Of a stretch of DNA of 64,000 bases, positions 21,024 through 30,295 are shown piece after piece. The first letter of the stretch is position 1. Every line of letters starts with the position of its first letter. Source of the stretch: an uncultured Clostridia bacterium (lineage in GTDB: Bacteria > Bacillota > Clostridia > TANB77 > CAG-465); contig CAKOYF010000006.1 in NCBI GenBank assembly GCA_934130595.1, forward strand, positions 8,994 to 72,993. The letters run 5' to 3'. Under the pieces are notes generated by a model. The model had not been told where the DNA came from. It saw only the letters and a program-made list of their open reading frames with translations, and ran no database searches. The position numbers and the translations under genes were made by a program.

Positions 21024-21677
21024 TTGTTAGATATATTTACAAGAGATGGTTTAATAGCGTTTTTATACACGTTACCAGCATTACTAATATCTTTATCTAT
21101 TCATGAATATGCCCATGCATGGACAGCATATAAACTAGGAGATGTGACTCAAAAAATAAGAGGAAGATTAAGTCTAGATCCTTTTAAACATATTGACCCA
21201 TTTGGATTTTTATGTATTGCCCTTTTTGGGGTAGGTTGGGGAAAACCTGTTATGATAGATGATAGAAACTTTAAAAATAGAGCAAAGGGAACTATGCTTA
21301 CTGCACTTGCAGGACCAATTTCTAATTTGTTACTTGCAATACTATTAACAGTAATATTAAAAGTGCTAATTATGGTTGGAGCAATAAACGTAATGGCTGT
21401 AACTAATGTAGGTTCTATACTATTAAGTATGTTCTTTTACACAATACAGTTTAATGTTGTATTTGGAGTATTTAATTTAATTCCTTTACCACCGTTAGAC
21501 GGAGCAAAAGTGTTAGAGTATTTCTTACCATCTAAACTAAAAGGAATAATGTATACACTAGAAAGATATTCATTTATAATAATATTAGTAATTTTTTGTA
21601 CAAATATAACATCATATATAATTAATCCAGCATATAAAGCAATATTAAATTTGCTAAATTGGATTATTAAGTTGTAG
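21024..21677 (+). CDS. site-2 protease family (M50-like) membrane zinc metalloprotease
   Basis: HEYAHAW (HExxH) in the first TM region and a later NLIPLPPLDG motif. TTG start lies 8 nt after AGGAGA. Confidence 0.75.
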   Translation: MLDIFTRDGLIAFLYTLPALLISLSIHEYAHAWTAYKLGDVTQKIRGRLSLDPFKHIDPFGFLCIALFGVGWGKPVMIDDRNFKNRAKGTMLTALAGPISNLLLAILLTVILKVLIMVGAINVMAVTNVGSILLSMFFYTIQFNVVFGVFNLIPLPPLDGAKVLEYFLPSKLKGIMYTLERYSFIIILVIFCTNITSYIINPAYKAILNLLNWIIKL

Positions 21678-21694
21678 AAAAGAGGAGTAAAATA

Positions 21695-22696
21695 ATGATT
21701 TGTTTAGGAATAGAGAGTAGTTGTGATGAAACAGCAGTTGCAATTATACAAGATGGAAGAAAAGTATTGGCAAATGTTGTATCTACACAGATACCAATTC
21801 ATAAAAAATTTGGAGGAGTTGTTCCTGAAATTGCTTCTAGAAAGCATTTAACTAACATTGCATTTGTAGTAAAACAAGCACTAGATGATGCAAATTTAGA
21901 TTTTAAAGATATAGATTATATAGGTGTAACTTATGGACCAGGACTTATTGGTGCGTTATTAGTTGGTGTTGCATATGCTAAATCTTTAGCTTATGCTTTA
22001 AATATTCCAATAGTTCCAACACATCATATAGCAGGACATATTGCAGCAAATTATTTAACATATCCAGAGTTAAAGCCACCTTTTATGGCACTGGTTGTTT
22101 CTGGTGGACATTCACATTTAATATATGTAAAAGATTATACTGAATTTGAAATTGTTGGAAAGACAAGAGATGATGCAGTTGGAGAAGCTTTTGATAAAGT
22201 TGCAAGAGTATTAGGTCTTCCATATCCTGGTGGCCCAGAAGTAAGTAAACTTGCAAGAGAAGGAAAGTTTACATATAATTTACCAAAAACTAAATTCGAA
22301 AATTATGATTTTAGCTTTAGTGGAATAAAGACAGCAGTTATTAACATAGCACATAAAGAAGGAGAAAAACTAAATAGAGCAGACCTAGCTTGTTCTTTTG
22401 AGCAAACTGTTACAGATGAATTAGTTCAAAATTGTATGCAAGCTATGAAAGATTTAAAAATTAATAAAGTAGTATTAGCTGGTGGTGTATCCGCAAACTT
22501 AGTATTAAGAGATAAGCTTCAAAAAGCATCTAAAGAGAGAGGATATGAATGCTATCTACCAGATTTAAAATATTGTACAGATAATGCTGCAATGATTTCT
22601 AGTGCAGCACACTATAATTATATTTCGGGAAAATATTATAATATTGAAGATAAGTTAGATTTAAATGCTGTAGCAAATTTAAAAATTGGAGAATAG
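21695..22696 (+). CDS. tsaD: tRNA N6-adenosine threonylcarbamoyltransferase TsaD
   Basis: GIESSCDETAVAI N-terminus and the HHIAGH metal-binding motif. 333 aa. Confidence 0.9.
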   Translation: MICLGIESSCDETAVAIIQDGRKVLANVVSTQIPIHKKFGGVVPEIASRKHLTNIAFVVKQALDDANLDFKDIDYIGVTYGPGLIGALLVGVAYAKSLAYALNIPIVPTHHIAGHIAANYLTYPELKPPFMALVVSGGHSHLIYVKDYTEFEIVGKTRDDAVGEAFDKVARVLGLPYPGGPEVSKLAREGKFTYNLPKTKFENYDFSFSGIKTAVINIAHKEGEKLNRADLACSFEQTVTDELVQNCMQAMKDLKINKVVLAGGVSANLVLRDKLQKASKERGYECYLPDLKYCTDNAAMISSAAHYNYISGKYYNIEDKLDLNAVANLKIGE

Positions 22697-22717
22697 TTTT
22701 AGGAAGAAGGTTAATTA

Positions 22718-23428
22718 ATGGCAATATATGCAATATCAGATTTACATTTATCATTTGGTGTAAATAAGCCAATGAACATTTTTGGAAAAGTATGGGATAA
22801 TTATGAGGAAACAATAAGAAAAAATTGGAAAAGTACTGTAAGTGAAGAAGATACTGTAATAATTCCAGGAGATATCTCATGGGCAATGACACTAAATGAG
22901 AGCATAAAAGATTTTGAATACATTGACAGTATGCCAGGAAAGAAAATACTACTTAGAGGTAATCATGATTATTATTTTTCTACTAAAACAAAAATGCAAA
23001 ATTTTTTCCAAGAACAAGGATTTAAGGATTTTGAAGTTCTGCATAATAACGCAATAGAAGTAGAAGACTATATAATTTGTGGAACAAGAGGATGGGGCAA
23101 AACAGAAAATAATACTGCAGAACAAGATAAAAAAATAATTGCAAGAGAAGAAATAAGACTAAGAAATTCTTTAGAAGCTGGTAAAAAGATACAAGATGAA
23201 AATTTAAAAAATGGTAGAAAAAAAGATATAATTGTTGCATTACATTTTCCACCTTTTATATCAAACTTTGTTAATATAATGGATGAATATGGTGTAAAGA
23301 TATGTATTTATGGACATTTACATGGATATGGACATAGTATGATAAAAGAAGGATTAATAGGAAATATAGAGTATAAATTTGTGGGTTGTGACTATACTGG
23401 TTTTAAATTAATAAAATTAAGTAAATAA
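22718..23428 (+). CDS. metallophosphoesterase
   Basis: ISDLHL, PGDISW, RGNHDYY and GHLHGYGH motifs of the calcineurin-like phosphoesterase fold. Confidence 0.75.
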   Translation: MAIYAISDLHLSFGVNKPMNIFGKVWDNYEETIRKNWKSTVSEEDTVIIPGDISWAMTLNESIKDFEYIDSMPGKKILLRGNHDYYFSTKTKMQNFFQEQGFKDFEVLHNNAIEVEDYIICGTRGWGKTENNTAEQDKKIIAREEIRLRNSLEAGKKIQDENLKNGRKKDIIVALHFPPFISNFVNIMDEYGVKICIYGHLHGYGHSMIKEGLIGNIEYKFVGCDYTGFKLIKLSK

Positions 23429-23486
23429 AATTAAAAAAACACTTGAAAATTTAATAAATTAATGTTACAATAACTATTGTTAGATT

Positions 23487-23560
23487 AGGGGCATAGTTCA
23501 TCGGTAGAATAAGAGTCTCCAAAACTCCAGAGCTGGGTTCGATTCCTAGTGCCCCTGCCA
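23487..23560 (+). tRNA. trnW: tRNA-Trp (anticodon CCA)
   Basis: 74 nt folded by hand: acceptor AGGGGCA/TGCCCCT, anticodon loop CTCCAAA, T-loop TTCGATT, and an encoded 3' CCA. Confidence 0.9.
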
Positions 23561-23574
23561 GCAATATAATTTAG

Positions 23575-23625
23575 ATAGGTTGTAAACGCCACAATAGTGT
23601 GTTGTTTTACAGCCTATTATTTTTA
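23575..23625 (+). terminator. terminator after tRNA-Trp
   Basis: ATAGGTTGTAAA (23575-23586) pairs with TTTACAGCCTAT (23606-23617), followed by a T-rich tail. Confidence 0.55.
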
Positions 23626-23688
23626 ATTAACAATATTTTTTATATTGAATAAAATATAAAATAGAGTTAAAAATGGGAGTGAATTTAA

Positions 23689-24555
23689 TTGGGTAGGTTT
23701 GATATAACAAAAAAAGTTGGAAATTATGGTATTATTGGTAATATTTTTTTACTAATAATAAAAGCAATAATAGGTTTTATATCTAAAAGCCAGGCAATGA
23801 TTGCTGATGCTGCAAATAGTGCGGGAGATATATTTGCTTCTGTTATGACAGCAATAGGAAACAAAATAGCAAGTGAACCTAAAGATGAAGATCATAACTT
23901 TGGACATGGTAAAGCTGAGTATATTTTTTCTTTGCTAATAAGCTTGTCTATGATGGCAATAGCACTCAAAATTTTATATGATTCAGTATGTTCAATAATA
24001 TATAGAAATGAAATTGTGTTTTCATGGTGGCTAATAATAGTATGCTGTATAACAATAGCTGTAAAGTTAGCATTATACATTTATGCTAGAAAAGCCTTGA
24101 AAAAATATAATAATATTCTATTAGAATCTAATATGAAAGATCACAGAAACGACTGTGTTGTTACATTATTTACAGCTATTTCAGTTATACTAAGTAAATT
24201 TGGAATATATTGGTTTGATGGAGTAGTAGGAATAGGCATATCTATATGGATTTTTTACACAGGTATAAAAATATTTATTGAAAGTTATAATGTTTTAATG
24301 GATAAATCTATAAGTGAAGAAACAAAGCAAAAAATTAAAAAGTTTGTAAGTAAATACAATAATGTAAAAGGTGTACAAAATATATATACAATTCCTACAG
24401 GATACAAATATATTGCAGTAGTAACAATTTTTGTAGATGGAAAATTAGAAACTTTTAAAAGTCATGAGATAGCAGACAAGATACAAGATGATATTGTTAA
24501 TAATTTTGAAGACGTAGAAAATGTAATTGTTCATGTCGAGCCTAAAGTTAAATAA
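23689..24555 (+). CDS. cation diffusion facilitator (CDF) family transporter
   Basis: SQAMIADAANSAGD in TM2, HNFGHGKAEY, six TM segments and a C-terminal cytoplasmic domain. TTG start follows GGGAG. Confidence 0.8.
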   Translation: MGRFDITKKVGNYGIIGNIFLLIIKAIIGFISKSQAMIADAANSAGDIFASVMTAIGNKIASEPKDEDHNFGHGKAEYIFSLLISLSMMAIALKILYDSVCSIIYRNEIVFSWWLIIVCCITIAVKLALYIYARKALKKYNNILLESNMKDHRNDCVVTLFTAISVILSKFGIYWFDGVVGIGISIWIFYTGIKIFIESYNVLMDKSISEETKQKIKKFVSKYNNVKGVQNIYTIPTGYKYIAVVTIFVDGKLETFKSHEIADKIQDDIVNNFEDVENVIVHVEPKVK

Positions 24556-24567
24556 TATAAAAGAAAT

Positions 24568-24619
24568 AGAAAGTAGATTTTTTAGTATGAATAGATACTT
24601 TAATCTACTTTCTTTTTTT
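24568..24619 (+). terminator. terminator after the CDF gene
   Basis: AGAAAGTAGATT pairs with AATCTACTTTCT (12 bp), followed by T7. Confidence 0.6.
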
Positions 24620-24673
24620 ATATATTTATGCTAAAATATTTGATGTATTATGAAAAAATATGGGAGGAATTTG

Positions 24674-25231
24674 ATGAGAATAGGAATAGATATAGATGAT
24701 ACAATTACAGACACATACTATGAAATATTAAAATTTCTATGTGAAGAAAAAAATATGAATTTTGAAACTTTAAAAAATAAAAACTATAATTATGATCAAA
24801 TATATGATGGATGTGAAGGAAATCCACCAATGGGTCAATTTATATGGGATAATTTTTATAGAATAATACCAAATATACAATTAAAAGAAAATGTTGCACA
24901 GATAATGCAAAAGATAATAGATGATGGTAATGAAATTGTTATAATAACAGCTAGAAATCATGCTAAACCAAATCAGACTCAACAATATTTAAAAGAAAAA
25001 AATATACCGTATAATAAGTTTTATGAAGGTATTAAAGATAAAGGAAGATTGGCAAAAGAAGAAAATATAGACTTATTTATAGATGATAGTATAAAAAATT
25101 GTAAACAAGTGGATGAGAATAATATAAAAGTATTACTTTTTGACGCTCCATACAATAAAGAATGTCAAGACTATGAAAGAGTATATAATTGGGATGAAAC
25201 ATACAAAATAATAGAAAGATTAAATAAATAA
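24674..25231 (+). CDS. HAD-superfamily 5'(3')-deoxyribonucleotidase-like phosphatase
   Basis: MRIGIDIDDTITDT (DxDxT nucleophile motif) directly after GGGAGG. Also ITAR and FIDDS motifs. Confidence 0.6.
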   Translation: MRIGIDIDDTITDTYYEILKFLCEEKNMNFETLKNKNYNYDQIYDGCEGNPPMGQFIWDNFYRIIPNIQLKENVAQIMQKIIDDGNEIVIITARNHAKPNQTQQYLKEKNIPYNKFYEGIKDKGRLAKEENIDLFIDDSIKNCKQVDENNIKVLLFDAPYNKECQDYERVYNWDETYKIIERLNK

Positions 25232-25357
25232 AACATAAAAGGAAACTAGATAAAACTAATTTCCTTTTTTTATGTAGTAAAACATAAAAAATGTCTAAGT
25301 GGTGTATTTGCTAATCATGTAGTTTTATGGTATATTTGAATTATCGGAGGAAATCTT

Positions 25358-26482
25358 ATGCATGAAATAAAAATATTAATACTTTCTTGTGGAACAGGCG
25401 GAGGGCATAATTCAGCAGCCTTAGCAATACAAGAAAAATTATTGAATAAAAATATTAAAGCAGACTTTGTAGAATATCTAGACATAATAGATGAAAAAGT
25501 AAAAAACAGAGTAAATAAGATGTATATAAATTCAACAAAAGGAAATGGAAATATATTTAAAGTTGCATATCATTTAGGAGAATTATATGAAAAAACAAAA
25601 TTAAAATCACCAGTATATCAATTAAATGCGTTAAGCAAAAATAAATTGTATGAATATATAAAAGAAAATGAGTATGATTATGTTATAGTAACTCATTTAT
25701 TCCCAGCACAAGCTTTAACTGCAGTAAATAAAGAACATAAAGTGAAGTTTATGGCTGTTGCTACAGATTATGTAAGTATTCCATTTTGGGAAGAAACAGA
25801 TCCAGATTATTTTGTAATACCAAGTGAAGAGCTAAAGTCAGACTTTATAAAAAAAGGAATAAGCAAAGAAAAGCTTTTGACATTTGGAATTCCAGTTAAG
25901 GAAACATATACAAAGGAATATGATGTAGATGAATGTAAGAAAAAATTAGGCTTAGATTTAAACAAGAAATATGTATTAATTCTTACAGGAAGTATGGGAT
26001 TTGGAAACACCAGTAGTATTTTAAAGAAATTAATAAGCAAAATAGAAAATGTTAATTACATAATAGCATGTGGAAATAACACTAAATTATATGAAAATTT
26101 GAATGAGGAATACTCCAAAGATAGTAGAGTTATAGCATTACCATTTACACTCAATATAAGTGAATATATGAAAAGTAGTGATGTTATTTTGACTAAGCCT
26201 GGTGGATTGACAACAACAGAAATTGCAAATTTGAGAAAACCTTTTATTCACACAATGCCAATTCCTGGGTGTGAAAATTATAATGCAGACTTTTTTGAAA
26301 CAAGGAAAATGTCTTTAAAATGTGAGAGTGAAGAAGAAATTATAACGAAAACAAAAGAATTAATTAATAATGAAAATTTGCAAAAAGAGATGATAGATAA
26401 CCAAAAAAGATTTATAAGAAATGATACTTGTGATAAAATAGTAGAATTTATTTTAAAAGAAATAGAAGAAAAGGAAAAGTAA
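25358..26482 (+). CDS. MGDG-synthase-family glycosyltransferase (diacylglycerol glycosyltransferase, UgtP-like)
   Basis: N-terminus ILILSCGTGGGHNSAALAI and C-terminal GT-B region LTKPGGLTTTE. Confidence 0.75.
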   Translation: MHEIKILILSCGTGGGHNSAALAIQEKLLNKNIKADFVEYLDIIDEKVKNRVNKMYINSTKGNGNIFKVAYHLGELYEKTKLKSPVYQLNALSKNKLYEYIKENEYDYVIVTHLFPAQALTAVNKEHKVKFMAVATDYVSIPFWEETDPDYFVIPSEELKSDFIKKGISKEKLLTFGIPVKETYTKEYDVDECKKKLGLDLNKKYVLILTGSMGFGNTSSILKKLISKIENVNYIIACGNNTKLYENLNEEYSKDSRVIALPFTLNISEYMKSSDVILTKPGGLTTTEIANLRKPFIHTMPIPGCENYNADFFETRKMSLKCESEEEIITKTKELINNENLQKEMIDNQKRFIRNDTCDKIVEFILKEIEEKEK

Positions 26483-26488
26483 TAAGTT

Positions 26489-27220
26489 ATGAATACACCA
26501 ATAGATGAAAATGAAGATATAATTCATCAATGGGAACCATTGAATTTTAAAATAACTGAAAAATATAAATATGTTCCTAAAAATATTATATACAAGTTTT
26601 TTTCTTTTATATTGTATTATTTAATTGCTTTTCCAATTTTAAGTATAATAATGAAACTATTTTATGACTTTAAAGTAGAAGGAAAAGAAAATATAAAAAA
26701 TTTAAAAAGTGGAGCTATAAGTGTATCTAATCATGTATTAGTATTAGATTGTGCAATGGTAGGACTAGCCTGCATTAGTAAAAAAGTATACTTTACAACA
26801 AGAGAAGGTAGTTTTAAAATTCCATTTGTAAGAAGGTTAATTAGGCTTTTAAGAGCTATTCCTATTCCAAAAGAAATAAAAAACAAAAAGCATTTTATGG
26901 AATCAATAGAGGAACTTTTAAAAAATAATTGTATGGTTCATTTTTATCCTGAAGCTGCTTTATGGCCATATTGCAATAAACTTAGAAATTTTAAAAAAGG
27001 TGCATTTACTTTAGCAATAAAAAATGATGTACCAATTTTGCCTATAGTGATTATTTATAGAGAGCCAAAGGGAATAAGAAAATATTTAAAAAGAAAAAAA
27101 GATATAACCTTACACATATTGCCACCTGTAAAATATGAAAAAAGTGAAGAGAAAACTAAACCTGAAATGGAAATAGAATTAAAAGACCTTGTATATGAAA
27201 AGATGAATAAATATTTTTAA
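26489..27220 (+). CDS. lysophospholipid (1-acyl-sn-glycerol-3-phosphate type) acyltransferase
   Basis: HX4D motif NHVLVLD and the FYPEAAL block. N-terminal TM helix. Confidence 0.7.
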   Translation: MNTPIDENEDIIHQWEPLNFKITEKYKYVPKNIIYKFFSFILYYLIAFPILSIIMKLFYDFKVEGKENIKNLKSGAISVSNHVLVLDCAMVGLACISKKVYFTTREGSFKIPFVRRLIRLLRAIPIPKEIKNKKHFMESIEELLKNNCMVHFYPEAALWPYCNKLRNFKKGAFTLAIKNDVPILPIVIIYREPKGIRKYLKRKKDITLHILPPVKYEKSEEKTKPEMEIELKDLVYEKMNKYF

Positions 27221-27241
27221 ATAATAGTTAAGTAAAATAGT

Positions 27242-27283
27242 AAAAGATATAGATTGCAATTTAGCTATATCTTTTATTTTTTT
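27242..27283 (+). terminator. terminator after the acyltransferase gene
   Basis: AAAAGATATAG pairs with CTATATCTTTT (11 bp), followed by a T-rich run. Confidence 0.65.
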
Positions 27284-27382
27284 AGTTTTTTAAGTAAGAA
27301 AATTTTAATTTCAATGTAATATAAAAATAATAATTTTTTTTGTCTTAGAGTAGAGAGGGTTTGAGAGAAAATAGTTAATATG

Positions 27383-27398
27383 TGTTGCAATTGCAACA
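27383..27398. promoter_or_regulatory. perfect 16-bp palindrome upstream of nrdD (candidate operator)
   Basis: TGTTGCAATTGCAACA, 60 nt upstream of the nrdD ATG and about 22 nt upstream of a TATAAT at 27420-27425. Confidence 0.4.
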
Positions 27399-27457
27399 GA
27401 ATTATTTCTGGCAGGTACATATAATTAAGGTGAAAAAAGTGGAAGGGGAAATATGAG

Positions 27458-29650
27458 ATGAAGATAATAAAAAGAGACGGAAAGATTGTAGATTACGATT
27501 CAGAGAAAATAAGAGTAGCAATAGGAAAAGCAAATAATGAAGTAAGCAGAAAAGAAAAAGCTACTAGTGAAGAAATTGAAGAGATAATAACCTATATAGA
27601 GGAATTAAATAAAAAGAGAATGCTAGTTGAAGATATACAAGACATCATTGAAGAAAAACTTATGGAATTAGATAAATATCAATTAGCTAAAAAATATATT
27701 ACATATAGATACACTAGAGAACTAGTTAGAAAAGCAAATACAACTGATCAATCTATAAAAGAATTAATTGAAGGAGAAAGTGAGTATTGGAATAATGAAA
27801 ATTCTAACAAAAATGCTCAAGTTGTAACAACACAAAGAGATTATCTTGCCGGAATAACTAGTACAGATATAACAAGAAGATTTTTATTACCAGAAGACGT
27901 TGTAAAAGCACATGACGAAGGTATAATTCATTTTCATGATGCTGATTATTTTGCTCAAAATGCATTAACAAACTGTGAGCTTATAAACTTAGATGATATG
28001 CTACAAAATGGTACTATAATGAACGGAGTAATGATAGAAAAACCTCATAGATTTATTACAGCATGTACAATAGCAACACAAATTATACTTGCTGTTACAT
28101 CTTCAACTTATGGTGGAGCAACAGTATCTTTATCTCATTTAGCGCCTTTTGTAAAGAGCAGCTATGATAAATATTATAATAAATACAAAGCTAGAGGATT
28201 AAAAGAAGAAGAATGTAAAAGATTTGCACAAGAAGATACTAAAAAGGAAATTGCTGATGGTGTTCAAACATTTAATTACCAAGTAAATTCTATGACAAAT
28301 ACTAATGGTCAAGCTCCATTTTTATCTGTTTGTATGTATTTAGGAGAAACAGATGAATATAAAGATGAACTTGCAATGATTATAGAAGAATTCTTAAAAC
28401 AAAGAATTATGGGCTTTAAAAATGAAAAAGGTGTATATATAACTCCTGCATTTCCAAAATTGTTATATGTATTGGAAGAAGACAACATAAGAAGAGATAG
28501 TAAATATTGGTATTTGACAGAACTAGCTGCAAAATGTACAGCTAAAAGAATGGTACCAGATTATATATCTGAAAAGATGATGAAAGAATTAAAGAAAAAT
28601 GAAAATGGAACAGGAGATTGCTATCCATGTATGGGTTGTAGATCTTTTCTTACACCAGATAGAATTATGCATCTTGGAAATATATCAAAAGCAAAAGACT
28701 ATATAGAAAATAAACCTAAGTATTATGGTAGATTCAATCAAGGTGTTGTAACTATAAACTTAGTAGATGTTGCACTATCTTCAAAAGGCGACATGAATAA
28801 ATTTTGGAAAATATATGAAGAAAGACTAGAACTTTGCCATAAAGCATTAAGATTAAGACATGAAAGACTTTCAAAAGTAAAAAGTGATGTAGCACCAATA
28901 CTTTGGCAATATGGAGCATTAGCAAGACTTGAAAAAGGTGAATCAATTCATGAGTTATTACATCATGGATATTCAACAATTTCTCTTGGATATGCTGGTC
29001 TTTATGAGTGTGTTAAATACATGACAGGACACAGCCACACAGACAATGGTGAAGGAAAAGAATTTGCTATTGAAGTTATGCAAAAATTAAATGATAAATG
29101 TACACAATGGAAAAATGATGAAGATATAGATTATAGTGTATATGGAACACCTATTGAATCAACAACATATAAATTTGCAAAATGTTTAAGAGAAAGATTT
29201 GGAATAGTTCATGGAATAACAGACAGAGAATATATAACTAATTCATATCATGTTCCTGTTTTTGAAGAAATTGATGCATTCTCTAAATTAAAACTTGAAA
29301 GTGAATTTCAAAAACTAAGTCCAGGTGGAGCAATTTCATATATAGAAACACCAAACTTACAAGACAACATAGAAGTTGTATTACAAGTAATTCAATTTAT
29401 TTATGACAATATAATGTATGCAGAATTAAATACAAAGTCAGATTATTGTCAAAAATGTGGATTTGATGGTGAAATTTTAATAGATGATAATCTAGAATGG
29501 TATTGCCCAAATTGTGGTAATAGAGATCATAACACACTAAATGTTGCTAGAAGAACTTGTGGTTATATAGGAAGTAATTTCTGGAATAAAGGTAGAACAC
29601 AAGAAATTAAAGAAAGAGTATTACATATAGATAATAAAGATGATGAATAG
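27458..29650 (+). CDS. nrdD: anaerobic ribonucleoside-triphosphate reductase
   Basis: N-terminal ATP-cone, C-terminal Zn ribbon CQKCGF...CPNCG and glycyl-radical motif RRTCGYIG. 730 aa. Confidence 0.95.
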   Translation: MKIIKRDGKIVDYDSEKIRVAIGKANNEVSRKEKATSEEIEEIITYIEELNKKRMLVEDIQDIIEEKLMELDKYQLAKKYITYRYTRELVRKANTTDQSIKELIEGESEYWNNENSNKNAQVVTTQRDYLAGITSTDITRRFLLPEDVVKAHDEGIIHFHDADYFAQNALTNCELINLDDMLQNGTIMNGVMIEKPHRFITACTIATQIILAVTSSTYGGATVSLSHLAPFVKSSYDKYYNKYKARGLKEEECKRFAQEDTKKEIADGVQTFNYQVNSMTNTNGQAPFLSVCMYLGETDEYKDELAMIIEEFLKQRIMGFKNEKGVYITPAFPKLLYVLEEDNIRRDSKYWYLTELAAKCTAKRMVPDYISEKMMKELKKNENGTGDCYPCMGCRSFLTPDRIMHLGNISKAKDYIENKPKYYGRFNQGVVTINLVDVALSSKGDMNKFWKIYEERLELCHKALRLRHERLSKVKSDVAPILWQYGALARLEKGESIHELLHHGYSTISLGYAGLYECVKYMTGHSHTDNGEGKEFAIEVMQKLNDKCTQWKNDEDIDYSVYGTPIESTTYKFAKCLRERFGIVHGITDREYITNSYHVPVFEEIDAFSKLKLESEFQKLSPGGAISYIETPNLQDNIEVVLQVIQFIYDNIMYAELNTKSDYCQKCGFDGEILIDDNLEWYCPNCGNRDHNTLNVARRTCGYIGSNFWNKGRTQEIKERVLHIDNKDDE

Positions 29651-29662
29651 AGGCGAAATTTT

Positions 29663-30154
29663 ATGCGATACAATAAAGTAAGAAAGATGGACATTTCTAA
29701 TGGACCTGGTGTAAGAGTTTCAATATTTATGCAAGGATGTACTTTTAAGTGTAAAAATTGTTTTAATCCAGAAACTCATGATTTTAAATGTGGAAAAGAG
29801 TTTAGTGAAGACACTATTAATAGGGTATTAGAACTTTGCAATAATGAAAATGTTGAAGGGCTTTCAATTTTAGGTGGTGAACCTATGCACCCAATAAATA
29901 TAGAAGGTACAACAAGACTTGCAAAGGCTTTTAAAGAAAAATATCCAAATAAAAGTATTTGGGCTTGGACTGGTTTTAAATTTGATAGAGATTTAAAAGA
30001 TAAGGAAGTACTAAATTATATAGATGTATTAGTTGATGGACAATATGTAGATGAACTAAGAAATCCTAAATTAAAATGGAAAGGTTCAGAAAATCAAAGA
30101 GTAATAGATGTAAAAAAGAGCCTTCAAGAAGGAAAAGTAGTAATTTTTGAATAA
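29663..30154 (+). CDS. nrdG: anaerobic ribonucleotide reductase activating protein (radical SAM)
   Basis: GCTFKCKNCFNPE cluster motif. 163 aa, immediately after nrdD. Confidence 0.9.
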   Translation: MRYNKVRKMDISNGPGVRVSIFMQGCTFKCKNCFNPETHDFKCGKEFSEDTINRVLELCNNENVEGLSILGGEPMHPINIEGTTRLAKAFKEKYPNKSIWAWTGFKFDRDLKDKEVLNYIDVLVDGQYVDELRNPKLKWKGSENQRVIDVKKSLQEGKVVIFE

Positions 30155-30161
30155 TTTTAGT

Positions 30162-30195
30162 AAAGACATGTTAAAAAATTTAACATGTCTTTTTT
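30162..30195 (+). terminator. terminator after nrdG
   Basis: AAAGACATGTTAA pairs with TTAACATGTCTTT, followed by TTT. Confidence 0.7.
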
Positions 30196-30295
30196 CGACA
30201 TCAAAAAAGGGATTAAAAAGATTTACAAATTAAAATAAATAAAATATAATGCATACGTCGTCGGCGGTAAAATAAAAAAAGGAGTAAAAGAATAT

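Noticed and set aside
23487-24555. tRNA-Trp as an integration hotspot for an island.
   Set aside because: No integrase, no direct repeat of the tRNA 3' end downstream, and the next genes (CDF transporter, HAD phosphatase, lipid enzymes) look like core functions.
27284-27457. Cobalamin riboswitch or NrdR boxes upstream of nrdD.
   Set aside because: I found no B12-box-like GCCACTG core and no pair of ACACnATATATnGTGT-like boxes. Only the single unrelated palindrome is reported.
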